Assembly: GCA_026786085.1 (NCBI GenBank)
Contig: JAJAYT010000409.1
Coordinates: 1-45,877, forward strand
DNA: 45,877 nucleotides
Origin: Microcoleus sp. CAN_BIN18
GTDB taxonomy: Bacteria > Cyanobacteriota > Cyanobacteriia > Cyanobacteriales > Microcoleaceae
Direction of reading: 5' to 3'
Shown: piece after piece, positions 9,388-19,498 of the stretch
Numbering within the stretch: position 1 is the stretch's first letter
How the letters are laid out: each line of letters starts with the position of its first letter
Position numbers and translations under genes: made by a program
Notes under the pieces: model-generated
Seen by the model: the letters and a program-made list of their open reading frames with translations, nothing else
Database searches by the model: none
Told to the model about the DNA's origin: nothing

Positions 9388-9828
9388 ATGCGAATCAAAG
9401 ATAGTGTTTGGCAGGGCAGTTTTGGCTACTGGCAAAACTTGTTTATTCACCAGAATATTTTGTCTATCGGACATACTGCTTGGAATGGCTTTTGGCACTT
9501 GGGACGAGGCATTGTTGTTTGTCAAATAGATACTCAAATTAATAGTTCTATCAATTGGAGTGTGGATCATGTAAAGTGTGATTTGCAGTTTATTTCCCGA
9601 TCGCACGCAACTCCCTATTTGCAACAATTAGAACTAGAGGAAAACACTGTTTCCAATCTGCTGGGAGTTATTGATAGCTATGAACCTGAAAAAGCAATTA
9701 TTTTTATACTGCTTGCCAATGGTCAGATTGATATCAATTTGTTGCAAAACTTGTCAATTTCGCCCGTTGAGTGCTATGAACAGGTATGCAAACGCTGGGA
9801 AGAATTTCAACTCTGCCCGAAATCCTAA
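9388..9828 (+). CDS. Hypothetical cyanobacterial protein (possible distant CcmS-like fold)
   Basis: 146-aa ORF in the riboswitch operon; AWxGF..GRG, YEPE, PVECYEQV pattern. Confidence 0.7.
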   Translation: MRIKDSVWQGSFGYWQNLFIHQNILSIGHTAWNGFWHLGRGIVVCQIDTQINSSINWSVDHVKCDLQFISRSHATPYLQQLELEENTVSNLLGVIDSYEPEKAIIFILLANGQIDINLLQNLSISPVECYEQVCKRWEEFQLCPKS

Positions 9829-9847
9829 AATTTACTAAATCTTTCCA

Positions 9848-10726
9848 ATGTCCCAGCCAAAATCAATCAAAATTTCCAACGTAACTCGCTACCAAAATGC
9901 AGCGCTTAATTACTATTTGGGCCTGACAGAATCCCCCTATCTTCACTATGGCTATTGGGAAACCTTACCCGTGCCGACTGATGAACTAACACTCGCGCGA
10001 CTACGCATCGCTCAGCAAGCTTATACTGTAAAGCTGTTAGATGTCATCCCCAAAGGTACTCAGACTATCCTGGATGTAGGCTGTGGGATTGGCGGAAATG
10101 CGGCTTATTTGCTCGATCGCGGTTTTGCAGTCGAAGGACTCGCACCCGATCCGTTTCAACAACAGCGCTTTCTCAAGTGTACAGGCGATCGTACAATCTT
10201 TCACCTCACCAGATTTGAAGACTTCAAAGCAACTAAATCCTACGATCTCATTCTCTTTAGCGAAAGTAGCCAATATATGTCGGCGGTTGATATTGCTAAC
10301 GGTGCCGCCAAAATCCTAAATCCTGGTGGCTATGTATTGCTTGCCGATATGCTGCGTTCTGATGCTAAATATAAAGAGGGAATGTTCTCGAATTGTCATG
10401 TTGTGAGTGAACTTCATGCAGCATTAAAACAGGCTGGATTCACTTTAGTCAAAACCGAGGATATCTCCGCCCATATCGTGCCAACAATTGACCTATATGT
10501 CGATACTTTCCGCAGATATGGACTGAACACAATGATTTATGTGGCAGACTTGATTTCGATCGCAGTTCCGCCCATCCACAAACTTCTGCGCTGGGTATTT
10601 CGTCGCTGGTTCAAAAAATTGGTGGTTGAAGGATTGGAAGCCAGCCAACTTTTTGAGCAGCATTTGTGTTATGAAATCCAACTTTGGGAGTTGACAGAAA
10701 AAGTTAATAGAAGGCTCGGCGGTTGA
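9848..10726 (+). CDS. Class I SAM-dependent methyltransferase
   Basis: LHYGYW, ILDVGCGIGG, FSESSQY, LNPGG. Confidence 0.88.
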   Translation: MSQPKSIKISNVTRYQNAALNYYLGLTESPYLHYGYWETLPVPTDELTLARLRIAQQAYTVKLLDVIPKGTQTILDVGCGIGGNAAYLLDRGFAVEGLAPDPFQQQRFLKCTGDRTIFHLTRFEDFKATKSYDLILFSESSQYMSAVDIANGAAKILNPGGYVLLADMLRSDAKYKEGMFSNCHVVSELHAALKQAGFTLVKTEDISAHIVPTIDLYVDTFRRYGLNTMIYVADLISIAVPPIHKLLRWVFRRWFKKLVVEGLEASQLFEQHLCYEIQLWELTEKVNRRLGG

Positions 10727-10846
10727 AACCGCGTCTATACAGACAAAACCCGCCTCCGCGGGTTGAAGAAAAAGCCCTTAAAATTAGGTTATTTTATTCA
10801 GTCTGCGGAGGCAGACTTCCTTTGTATAGACGCGGTTTCAACCGCC
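10718..10846. mobile_element. MITE-like element with 24-bp terminal inverted repeats
   Basis: ggcggttgaaaccgcgtctataca ... tgtatagacgcggtttcaaccgcc; second copy at 15213-15367. Confidence 0.8.
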
Positions 10847-10867
10847 GTCTTATCTAATTACTAATAT

Positions 10868-11716
10868 ATGTCTCAATCAATTCTTGAATTCGATCGCACT
10901 TCATACCAATATCCCTGTAATTTAGGATCGACAATTCAGGGCTTAAGCCTGAAAGTCCCCGCAGGCAAACGCTGCGGGCTAATTGGTCAAAATGGTTGTG
11001 GCAAAACCACCTTATTTCTGTTAGCAAATGGCTTGTATAAACCACAAGCAGGAACCGTGCGCTGGGAAGGTGAACCCTTCCGTTACGATCGCAAATCCTT
11101 GACAAAATTGCGTCAACAAATCGGACTCGTCTTTCAAAATCCCGAACATCAATTGGTAGCTTCGACGGTTGAAGAAGATATCTCCTACGGGTTGTACAAT
11201 CTGGGTTTGCCAGAACCGGAAGTTGCTAGAATGGTGCAAGAGGCGATCGAGCAATTTGACCTAGCTGAATTGGCAAATCAACCGATTCACAATCTCAGTT
11301 TAGGACAAAAAAAGCGGGTTTCGATCGCCGATATCATGGTTCTCAAACCCAAATTGTTGCTATTAGATGAACCAACAGCCTATCTCGATCCACGCCACAC
11401 GAGAAAATTGATTGGTTTACTCCAACAAATTCACGCGACTGGAACCACAATTCTGTTAGCAAGTCACGATCTAGATTTCATCTATCGTTGGGCTGACTGG
11501 ATTTTTGTCATGGATCGAGGACAGTTGGTTCTAGAAGGCACACCGGAAACCGTTTTTGCTCAGCGGGAGGTTTTAGAGCAATTGCAGCTTGGTGTGCCAT
11601 TGGCGATCGAGCTGATGGAACAAATGAGGGCGATCGTTGAACACGATGATCACTCAAAAATGCACACTTTTGAGAAATGGCAACAACAGATTCTACAAGC
11701 ACAGAGGCTGCTTTAA
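10868..11716 (+). CDS. cbiO: ECF-type cobalt transporter ATPase
   Basis: GQNGCGKTT, GLVFQNPEHQL, VEEDISYG, LSLGQKKRV, LLLDEPTAYLD; B12 riboswitch context. Confidence 0.8.
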   Translation: MSQSILEFDRTSYQYPCNLGSTIQGLSLKVPAGKRCGLIGQNGCGKTTLFLLANGLYKPQAGTVRWEGEPFRYDRKSLTKLRQQIGLVFQNPEHQLVASTVEEDISYGLYNLGLPEPEVARMVQEAIEQFDLAELANQPIHNLSLGQKKRVSIADIMVLKPKLLLLDEPTAYLDPRHTRKLIGLLQQIHATGTTILLASHDLDFIYRWADWIFVMDRGQLVLEGTPETVFAQREVLEQLQLGVPLAIELMEQMRAIVEHDDHSKMHTFEKWQQQILQAQRLL

Positions 11717-11735
11717 AAATTAAGTAGCATCGGAA

Positions 11736-11981
11736 TTATGCCCCTTTTGATGGCGTTACAGACTCTACAATTGGCTGGGATGGGGAATGTTGAATCAGTC
11801 GCATCAATAGGCGCAACCCCTCATTGACTGCGCCAGAATCTGGAAAAATTGTTGCAACATCAGGATCTAGTTGGACTGTTAGGGTGGATTGTTTGCGTCC
11901 TTGACCACGGGCTACAACAGAGAGTTGAGTAAAGTCATATTCTGGGCGCAAATCATCATCCATTTCAGAGGTCTGACTCAT
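11736..11981 (-). CDS. BrnA-like antitoxin
   Basis: DDLRPEYDF, LDPDVA..FPDS.AVNEGLR; overlaps brnT. Confidence 0.75.
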   Translation of the reverse strand: MSQTSEMDDDLRPEYDFTQLSVVARGQGRKQSTLTVQLDPDVATIFPDSGAVNEGLRLLMRLIQHSPSQPIVESVTPSKGA

Positions 11982-12240
11982 AAGCTTTACGTTCTTTTCG
12001 GGTAACGGGACGAGCGCTGATTAGGCGCGTGATGCCTGCACGATCAGTGTAAGCGACGACTAACAATCGTCCTTTGGCTGATTCTCCCATGATAATGAAA
12101 CGTTGCTCTTGAAAGGAGTGTTCTGGATCGCCAAAGGTTAAAAATAACGGATCGTCAAACACAGAAGTGGCTTCATCGAAAGAAACATTATGCTTGACAA
12201 GGTTGCTTCTGGCTTTTTCTTCGTCCCAATCAAACAACAT
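11965..12240 (-). CDS. brnT: BrnT family toxin
   Basis: FDWDEEKA.SN..KH.VSF.EA..VF.DP, RLISAR..T..ER..YE. Confidence 0.9.
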   Translation of the reverse strand: MLFDWDEEKARSNLVKHNVSFDEATSVFDDPLFLTFGDPEHSFQEQRFIIMGESAKGRLLVVAYTDRAGITRLISARPVTRKERKAYESDL

Positions 12241-12358
12241 GGGTTCAATTTACAACGCCTGCTTTTTCAAATTATACCAGTTTTTGGCACAAAAGCTGCA
12301 ACTTTTCAAACAAGACCTAATACTTTTAGGGTTTGCGAACTCACAGTACCATCAACCC

Positions 12359-12511
12359 CTAATACCAATTTAATGTGAAGTTGCACATATCTCGATCCCC
12401 CTAAATCCCCCGAAAGCAAGGGGGACTTTGATCGGAATCTTGTCCGCCCCTTCTTAAGGGGGGCGCCATGGAGATCGGATTCTATGCAGGCTCATAAAAA
12501 ATTGGTATTAG
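12359..12511. mobile_element. MITE-like element with 13-bp TIRs
   Basis: ctaataccaattt ... aaattggtattag flanking the internal cyanobacterial ccccctaaatccccc/ttaagggggg repeat. Confidence 0.7.
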
Positions 12512-12540
12512 CGCACTGTGTATCCTACTAACTTTATTTC

Positions 12541-14022
12541 TTAGTCCCCCTCTACTCGGACGAAAGTTTGTGTATTTGCTGTTTCAACGGCCGAATTCCT
12601 TCGATCGTACCAAGTTTGCAGCGCCAAGCGATGAACTTCGCGCCAACTAATATTTTTTACTCTGGCAATTTCCGCGCAATCTTCATATTCCGGCTGCACG
12701 TTAACAATCGTTTCTCCAGACTTCGCAACTTTGATTTGCACTTCGCCATACTCTGTTTTAACCGTCTCGAATTCCCGATGTAAAATAGTTCTCTGCTGAG
12801 TCGATCGCCTAATGCCCAAAGTAGTAGTTTCGCGAAAAATAACTGCTTCGCAAGCATCCTGAACTTCGGGATGACAAATCGCAGTTAACAAAACCCCCAA
12901 ACGCGACTTTTTCATCACAATTGGGGCTGTGAACACATCCAGAGCTCCCGCCACAAACAAAGCATCAAAAACATAGCCGATCGCCTGCGGACTCAAATCA
13001 TCAATTTGCGTTTCCAAAACACAGATTGTTTCTTGCGAATTGGTAATGGGTAATCGATAATTTTCTTCCTGCTTCCCTATGACTTCTTGCCTCTGACTTC
13101 CATCCGTTAAATCCGTTAAATCCGCTACAAAATCCGTTGCTAATCTTCCTTCTTCCTTCCTACCAATCCAGAGGCGCAAAATATTAGGAATTGCCAGATT
13201 GCGAGAACCTGCACCCAATCCGATCGCCTGAACTTGCATGGGCGGCGGCGCGCCGAAACCGGAGGCGAGAGTACAGGCGATCGCAGTTCCCGTAGGAGTG
13301 CACAATTCGCGATCGATCCCATTGCTATAAACTGGCACTTGGTGCGTTTCCCACAACCGCATCACCGCCGGCGTGGGTACCGCTAACCTACCGTGGGCAG
13401 CATTCACCGTACCGCCCCCAGTCGGCATTGCCGAAAAATAAAATTCATCAATCTCCAACCAATCCAAACCCAAACAAGTACCAATAATATCAACGAGTGC
13501 ATCCGTCGCGCCCACCTCGTGAAAGTGAACCTGATTTGCGGGGATACCGTGTACAGAACCCTCTGCATCTGCTAATTTGCGAAATATCTCCAAACTCCAC
13601 GCTTCCACGCGCGGAGGCAATTTTGCCGAGACAATGATGTGCTCGATTTGTGGCAAGTGGCGATGGTGAGTGTGGCTGCTTTCAGCATCGTCATCGTGAC
13701 TGTGAGAATGTTCGTCATCGTGATGATGGTGTTGGCGGGCGCGATCGAATGTTGGGGATTCAGTTTCCGAAGGATCGAGGGTGGAATCAGCGGAATTTTT
13801 TGATTTTAAAGATAAATCCGCAGCTAAATCGACATGAAATTTGGTTGCTTGTTGAGTATTTCGGTGGACTAATTCGGTACGCAACTCGTACTCTGTCGAA
13901 ATGCCGAGTAAACTAAGTTTTTCGATCAGGTAGTCTAAAGGGACACCAGCGTGGACAAGAGCTCCGAGGCACATATCGCCAGCAATGCCAGTAGGACAGT
14001 CAAAATAAGCTATTTTATTCAT
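12541..14022 (-). CDS. larC: Nickel pincer cofactor biosynthesis protein LarC
   Basis: YFDCPTGIAGDMCLGAL, His-rich tract, VHFHEVGATD, ELCTPTG, MKKSR, ETTTLGIR, PEYEDC. Confidence 0.92.
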   Translation of the reverse strand: MNKIAYFDCPTGIAGDMCLGALVHAGVPLDYLIEKLSLLGISTEYELRTELVHRNTQQATKFHVDLAADLSLKSKNSADSTLDPSETESPTFDRARQHHHHDDEHSHSHDDDAESSHTHHRHLPQIEHIIVSAKLPPRVEAWSLEIFRKLADAEGSVHGIPANQVHFHEVGATDALVDIIGTCLGLDWLEIDEFYFSAMPTGGGTVNAAHGRLAVPTPAVMRLWETHQVPVYSNGIDRELCTPTGTAIACTLASGFGAPPPMQVQAIGLGAGSRNLAIPNILRLWIGRKEEGRLATDFVADLTDLTDGSQRQEVIGKQEENYRLPITNSQETICVLETQIDDLSPQAIGYVFDALFVAGALDVFTAPIVMKKSRLGVLLTAICHPEVQDACEAVIFRETTTLGIRRSTQQRTILHREFETVKTEYGEVQIKVAKSGETIVNVQPEYEDCAEIARVKNISWREVHRLALQTWYDRRNSAVETANTQTFVRVEGD

Positions 14023-14045
14023 TATTAGCAATTAATTTTTATCAT

Positions 14046-14476
14046 AGAAAAACTCGGTAAGTGGGAAACTCAGTGGCTTGAGCCAAGACAGGGAAACGGC
14101 TCGGCGGTTTAAACCGCATTGAATCTTTCCATTACCGCCTTGGGATTGCTTGGCGGGAGTGTACTTTTGTGGTGTACTTTCGATAGGACAATTACCATCT
14201 CAAACCTCGCAATCCTGTACGCATAATGTTTGGCATTTCTGCCTCTCCCTTGCGGGGTGATGTTAGCTTCGACCTGGTTATCTGGGCTTTTTAGACTTGC
14301 AACACTGTTCCAGTGACTTTAGAACTGTTTAATTGCAAATGACAGAGCAGGGAACTAGCTACGCATTCCGGGGTGTCGTGACCCAAATAACGGCTCCTCT
14401 TGCGAGGGGTCTGGTCAGTACAGCTTGCTGGATTTCTCCTTCAAGCTCAGTGGCGTTGATTCCCTGAGTTACTGAC
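14046..14476 (-). mobile_element. Non-autonomous IS200/IS605 (IscB-type) element with the nuclease gene deleted
   Basis: Begins GTCA on the - strand; both ends share the gccactgag hairpin arm; followed by ATGA; only an 11-codon ORF (MRTGLRGLRW*) where iscB would be. Confidence 0.75.
14246..14476 (-). ncRNA. HEARO / IscB omega-RNA scaffold
   Basis: Pairings GTCAGTA/TACTGAC, GACC/GGTC, GTTATTTGGGT/GCCCAGATAAC, GGAA/TTCC, TTGCAA/TTGCAA, pseudoknot TAGCT/AGCTA; landmarks GACCAG, ACACC, TTAAACAG, GGTCGAAG, terminal CCC-GCAA-GGG. Confidence 0.82.
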
Positions 14477-14528
14477 TGATTGTTTCACTCGATATTTCGA
14501 TCGCCCAATTAACCTGTAGTATCATAAC

Positions 14529-15185
14529 ATGGCAACTATTTACGAAGTTCATCCACTTACACCCCAAAAAGACCGGATCGAGAAGATTAAATCCGCCCTA
14601 AAAGATGGGGCCGTGATGCTTTATCCCACAGATACAGTTTATGCGATCGGCTGCGATCTCAACTCCAAATCTGCGATCGAACGAGTCAGGCAGATCAAGC
14701 AACTATCCAATGATAAGCCTTTAACCTTCCTATGTTCGTCTCTGTCAAACATCACCGAGTATGCTGTCGTCAGCGATGAAGCATACAGAATTATCAAGCG
14801 GTTAATACCCGGGCCTTACACATTTTTGTTACCAGCTACCAAATTAGTGCCGCGGTTGGTAATGAACCCAAAACGCAAAGCCACGGGAATTCGAGTTCCC
14901 TCTCACCCGCTTTGTTTTACACTTGTCGAAGCTTTGGGAAATCCGATTATTTCAACATCGGCTCACATTACCACTGATGATGAAAGTGAAGCACCAGCCA
15001 AAACCGAAAACATTGGCAAAGCCGAACTATTTGACTGTTTATCAAAGTTAGTAGATATAATTGTCGATGATGGTTCCGATCCAGGATATCAAATTTCTAC
15101 TATTCTCGATTTAACAGAAAGCGAACCGATTGTGGTTCGTCGCGGTTTGGGATGGGAAGCGGCCGCCGCTTGGGAAAAAGATTAA
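14529..15185 (+). CDS. YrdC/Sua5 family L-threonylcarbamoyladenylate synthase (YciO-like)
   Basis: YPTDTVYAIGC, PGPYTF, GIRVP, PIISTSA, STILDLT. Confidence 0.9.
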   Translation: MATIYEVHPLTPQKDRIEKIKSALKDGAVMLYPTDTVYAIGCDLNSKSAIERVRQIKQLSNDKPLTFLCSSLSNITEYAVVSDEAYRIIKRLIPGPYTFLLPATKLVPRLVMNPKRKATGIRVPSHPLCFTLVEALGNPIISTSAHITTDDESEAPAKTENIGKAELFDCLSKLVDIIVDDGSDPGYQISTILDLTESEPIVVRRGLGWEAAAAWEKD

Positions 15186-15212
15186 AATTGCAGCGTCAAC
15201 TTAAGAAGACTG

Positions 15213-15367
15213 GGCGGTTGAAACCGCGCCTATACAAACAAAACCCGCCTCCGCGGGTTGAAAATCTGGTCGTTAAAATTACGTTATTTTCTTTACACCG
15301 CGGAGGACGTTTGGCGAAGCTCAGTCGAGCCGCAGACTTGGTTTTTGTAGATGCGGTTGAAACCGCC
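15213..15367. mobile_element. Second copy of the ggcggttgaaaccgc MITE family
   Basis: ggcggttgaaaccgcgcctatacaaacaaaacccgcctccgcgggttga is shared with 10718-10770. Confidence 0.75.
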
Positions 15368-15389
15368 GTCTGATCTTTTCATAATTGGA

Positions 15390-16406
15390 TTAAATCGAAT
15401 AATAAAGCGGAAAAGACTTGGCATCCTTCGGCTTGACGAACACTCTTTGCTGCGGCTGTAACTGTAATTCGTCAAACTTTTCTCTTGTCAAATTAGCTTT
15501 GACTACTTGACCGTCATCTAAGGTTAATTCTACCTGAATTTCCCATCCCAAATGAATCAAGCGACTGATTCTGGCAGGCACTGTCGCATTATTTTCTGTA
15601 GTTTCAATTACTACGTCGTGGGGGCGCAAGAAAATTTCTGGGTTGGCTGAGTCAAAGCCGTTGTCTTGAAACATCCTCGAACTGCTGGGTAAGACATTGA
15701 CTGGGCCGATAAAACTCATGACGAATGCACTGGCTGGATGGTCGTAAATTTCGGCGGGTGTGCCTACTTGTTCGATTTTACCTTTATTCATGACTGTAAT
15801 TCGATCGGCAACTTCCATCGCTTCTTCTTGATCGTGCGTCACAAAGACTGTGGTAACGTGCACTTCGTCGTGGAGTCTGCGCAACCAAGCGCGCAAATCT
15901 TTGCGGACTTTAGCATCAAGAGCTCCAAAAGGTTCGTCTAGCAGCAACACTTTCGGTTCCACAGCCAGAGCTCTCGCTAGGGCCACGCGCTGCCGCTGGC
16001 CTCCTGAGAGTTGCGACGGGTATCTGTCGCCCAATCCTGCTAATTGCACTAAATTTAACAATTCTTCTACCCGCGATTTGACTTTCGCGGGCGGTGTTTT
16101 CTGAATTTCCATCCCGAAAGCGATGTTTTTTCGCACTGTCATGTGCTTGAATAGCGCGTAGTGCTGGAACACAAATCCAATATTGCGGTCTTGGACGCTA
16201 GTATTGGTGGCATCTTGGCCTGTTAGCCAGATTTTGCCGGAGTCGGGCATTTCTAAACCTGCAATCAGTCGCAACAGCGTAGACTTGCCGGAACCAGACG
16301 GGCCCAGCAATGCGACTAGGGAACCGGATTCAATTTCTAAGCTGACTCGATCGAGTGCTTGGAAACTGCCAAACTGTTTTGATACGTTTTCGACGACTAT
16401 GCCCAT
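15390..16406 (-). CDS. cysA: Sulfate ABC transporter ATP-binding protein
   Basis: [40 protein letters not shown]. Confidence 0.93.
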   Translation of the reverse strand: MGIVVENVSKQFGSFQALDRVSLEIESGSLVALLGPSGSGKSTLLRLIAGLEMPDSGKIWLTGQDATNTSVQDRNIGFVFQHYALFKHMTVRKNIAFGMEIQKTPPAKVKSRVEELLNLVQLAGLGDRYPSQLSGGQRQRVALARALAVEPKVLLLDEPFGALDAKVRKDLRAWLRRLHDEVHVTTVFVTHDQEEAMEVADRITVMNKGKIEQVGTPAEIYDHPASAFVMSFIGPVNVLPSSSRMFQDNGFDSANPEIFLRPHDVVIETTENNATVPARISRLIHLGWEIQVELTLDDGQVVKANLTREKFDELQLQPQQRVFVKPKDAKSFPLYYSI

Positions 16407-16462
16407 AGGAAGAAGGAAGAAGGAAGAAGGAAGAGGGAAGAGGGAAGAAGGAAGAGGGAAGA
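16407..16462. repeat. Heptamer STRR (A/G)GGAAGA x8
   Basis: Direct read; abuts the cysA start codon. Confidence 0.9.
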
Positions 16463-16725
16463 GGCAGGAGTGAAAAATGTTAATCTCCGGTTTTGAGGTC
16501 GGGGATTAGTAGTTTTATAGCACGATCGCACATCTGTTGGTTAATTCTAGGGTTTTGGCGATCGGTCGATCGGAAAAAGTAGGCAATTGTAGATAAAACT
16601 TAGCAGGCCCGACAGCTCCAAAACAAAACAACACAATTCTTTATCACCAAAGTTGCCGTTTGATACTACAATGCAGCAAAAGTTCAAGCGTTTTTGACTT
16701 CAAAGGCTGAGGGGATATAAGGAAA

Positions 16726-17784
16726 ATGGGAAATGTTGGACGTGTGCCTGTAGGAATTATCGGCGCTTCAGGGTACGGGGGCGTGCAACTGGTGCGACTG
16801 CTGGCGGATCACCCAGCGGCGGAAGTAGTGTATTTGGGCGGGGATAGCAGTGCGGGAAAACCTTTTTCCAGTCTTTATCCACATCTGACTAACTGCATTA
16901 ACTTGACTGTCGAGGCGATCGACCTAGACAAAATAGCGGCAAAATGTGAAGTTGTATTTCTGTCGCTACCCAACGGTTTAGCTTGCCAAATGGCACCGAC
17001 GCTGATCGAAAAAGGCTGCAAAGTCTTGGATTTGTCGGCTGATTACAGATTTGAAAATCTTGATACTTATAAAGCTTGGTACGGCGGCGAGCGATCGGAC
17101 TCTACTTTAGCTGCAACCGCTGTTTACGGTTTGCCAGAATTGTATCGCGATCGCATTAAAAACGCTCAATTAGTAGGCTGTGCCGGTTGCTACGTCACTG
17201 CTAGTTTATTAGCCCTGGCACCTTTGCTCAAACAAGGTCTGATCGTGCCAGAAACAGCAATTATCGACGCTAAATCAGGAACTTCGGGAGGGGGCCGCAA
17301 AGCCGAAGTTAATTTATTATTGGCAGAAGCTGACAATTCCATAGGCGCTTACAACGTTGGCCGCCATCGGCATACTCCAGAAATTGAGCAAGTTTGCAGC
17401 GATTTAGCCGGACATGATATTAAAGTTCAATTTACTCCTCACCTGATGCCGATGGTGCGGGGAATTCTGGCAACTGTTTACGCAAATTTGCGCGATCCGG
17501 GGTTGGTGCGGGAAGATTTAATCACCATTTTCACGGCTTTTTACCGCAATTGTCCTTGGGTAAAAGTGTTGCCTGCTGGGGTTTATCCGCAATCTAAATG
17601 GGCTTGCGGCACAAATCTTTGTTATATCGGCGTGGAAGTCGATCCGCGCACCGATCGGGTAATTGTGATGTCGGCGATCGACAATTTAATTAAAGGTCAA
17701 GCTGGCCAAGGCATCCAGTGCATGAACTTGATGATGGGTTGGGAAGAAACTTTGGGTTTACCTCAATTGGCTTTCTATCCTTAA
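16726..17784 (+). CDS. argC: N-acetyl-gamma-glutamyl-phosphate reductase
   Basis: GASGYGG, DLSADYR, YGLPE, GCY, HRHTPEI, IDNLIKG.AGQ. Confidence 0.97.
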   Translation: MGNVGRVPVGIIGASGYGGVQLVRLLADHPAAEVVYLGGDSSAGKPFSSLYPHLTNCINLTVEAIDLDKIAAKCEVVFLSLPNGLACQMAPTLIEKGCKVLDLSADYRFENLDTYKAWYGGERSDSTLAATAVYGLPELYRDRIKNAQLVGCAGCYVTASLLALAPLLKQGLIVPETAIIDAKSGTSGGGRKAEVNLLLAEADNSIGAYNVGRHRHTPEIEQVCSDLAGHDIKVQFTPHLMPMVRGILATVYANLRDPGLVREDLITIFTAFYRNCPWVKVLPAGVYPQSKWACGTNLCYIGVEVDPRTDRVIVMSAIDNLIKGQAGQGIQCMNLMMGWEETLGLPQLAFYP

Positions 17785-17786
17785 TT

Positions 17787-17828
17787 GGGCATAGGGCATA
17801 GGGCATTGGGCATAGGGCATTGGGCATG
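17787..17828. repeat. Heptamer STRR GGGCAT(A/T) x6, with a complementary arm near 17850-17900 (probable terminator)
   Basis: Between convergent argC and eno; aattgggcatagg / cctatgcccaatt. Confidence 0.85.
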
Positions 17829-17915
17829 AAAATTAAAAACTAATCGATTCCCAATTACCCATCCCTCCGCTTCGCTTCGCCCAATTACCTATGCCCAATT
17901 AGCGATTATCGATCG

Positions 17916-19217
<1,302 letters not shown>

Positions 19218-19498
19218 TCAAGGTTTGATGACAATTAGCACTCAGTAGGTTTTCCGAAACTGACTGCCAACGGATAATAGAGTAAGCGATCCCGATAATT
19301 ATTGCTGAAGAGTTCAAACTTTTTGCGGATTTGGGCGATCGGTTGGGTGTCAACAAGCAATCATTGTTGAAAAATAGTCGGTGATAATTTTGACAGTAAT
19401 TTGATTGTTATAACCGCAGATTCACGCAAATTTGTTAATTGGAACATTTGTTAAAATCAGAATGTCAACAAAGTTAATCAAAACAGGGGAAATCTAAA

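Noticed and set aside
14046-14476. Autonomous IS carrying iscB, tnpB or tnpA
   Set aside because: No ORF long enough; only the RNA scaffold and element ends remain
15152-15475. Short ORFs 15152-15373 and 15293-15475
   Set aside because: They run through a MITE and overlap real genes, with no recognisable motifs
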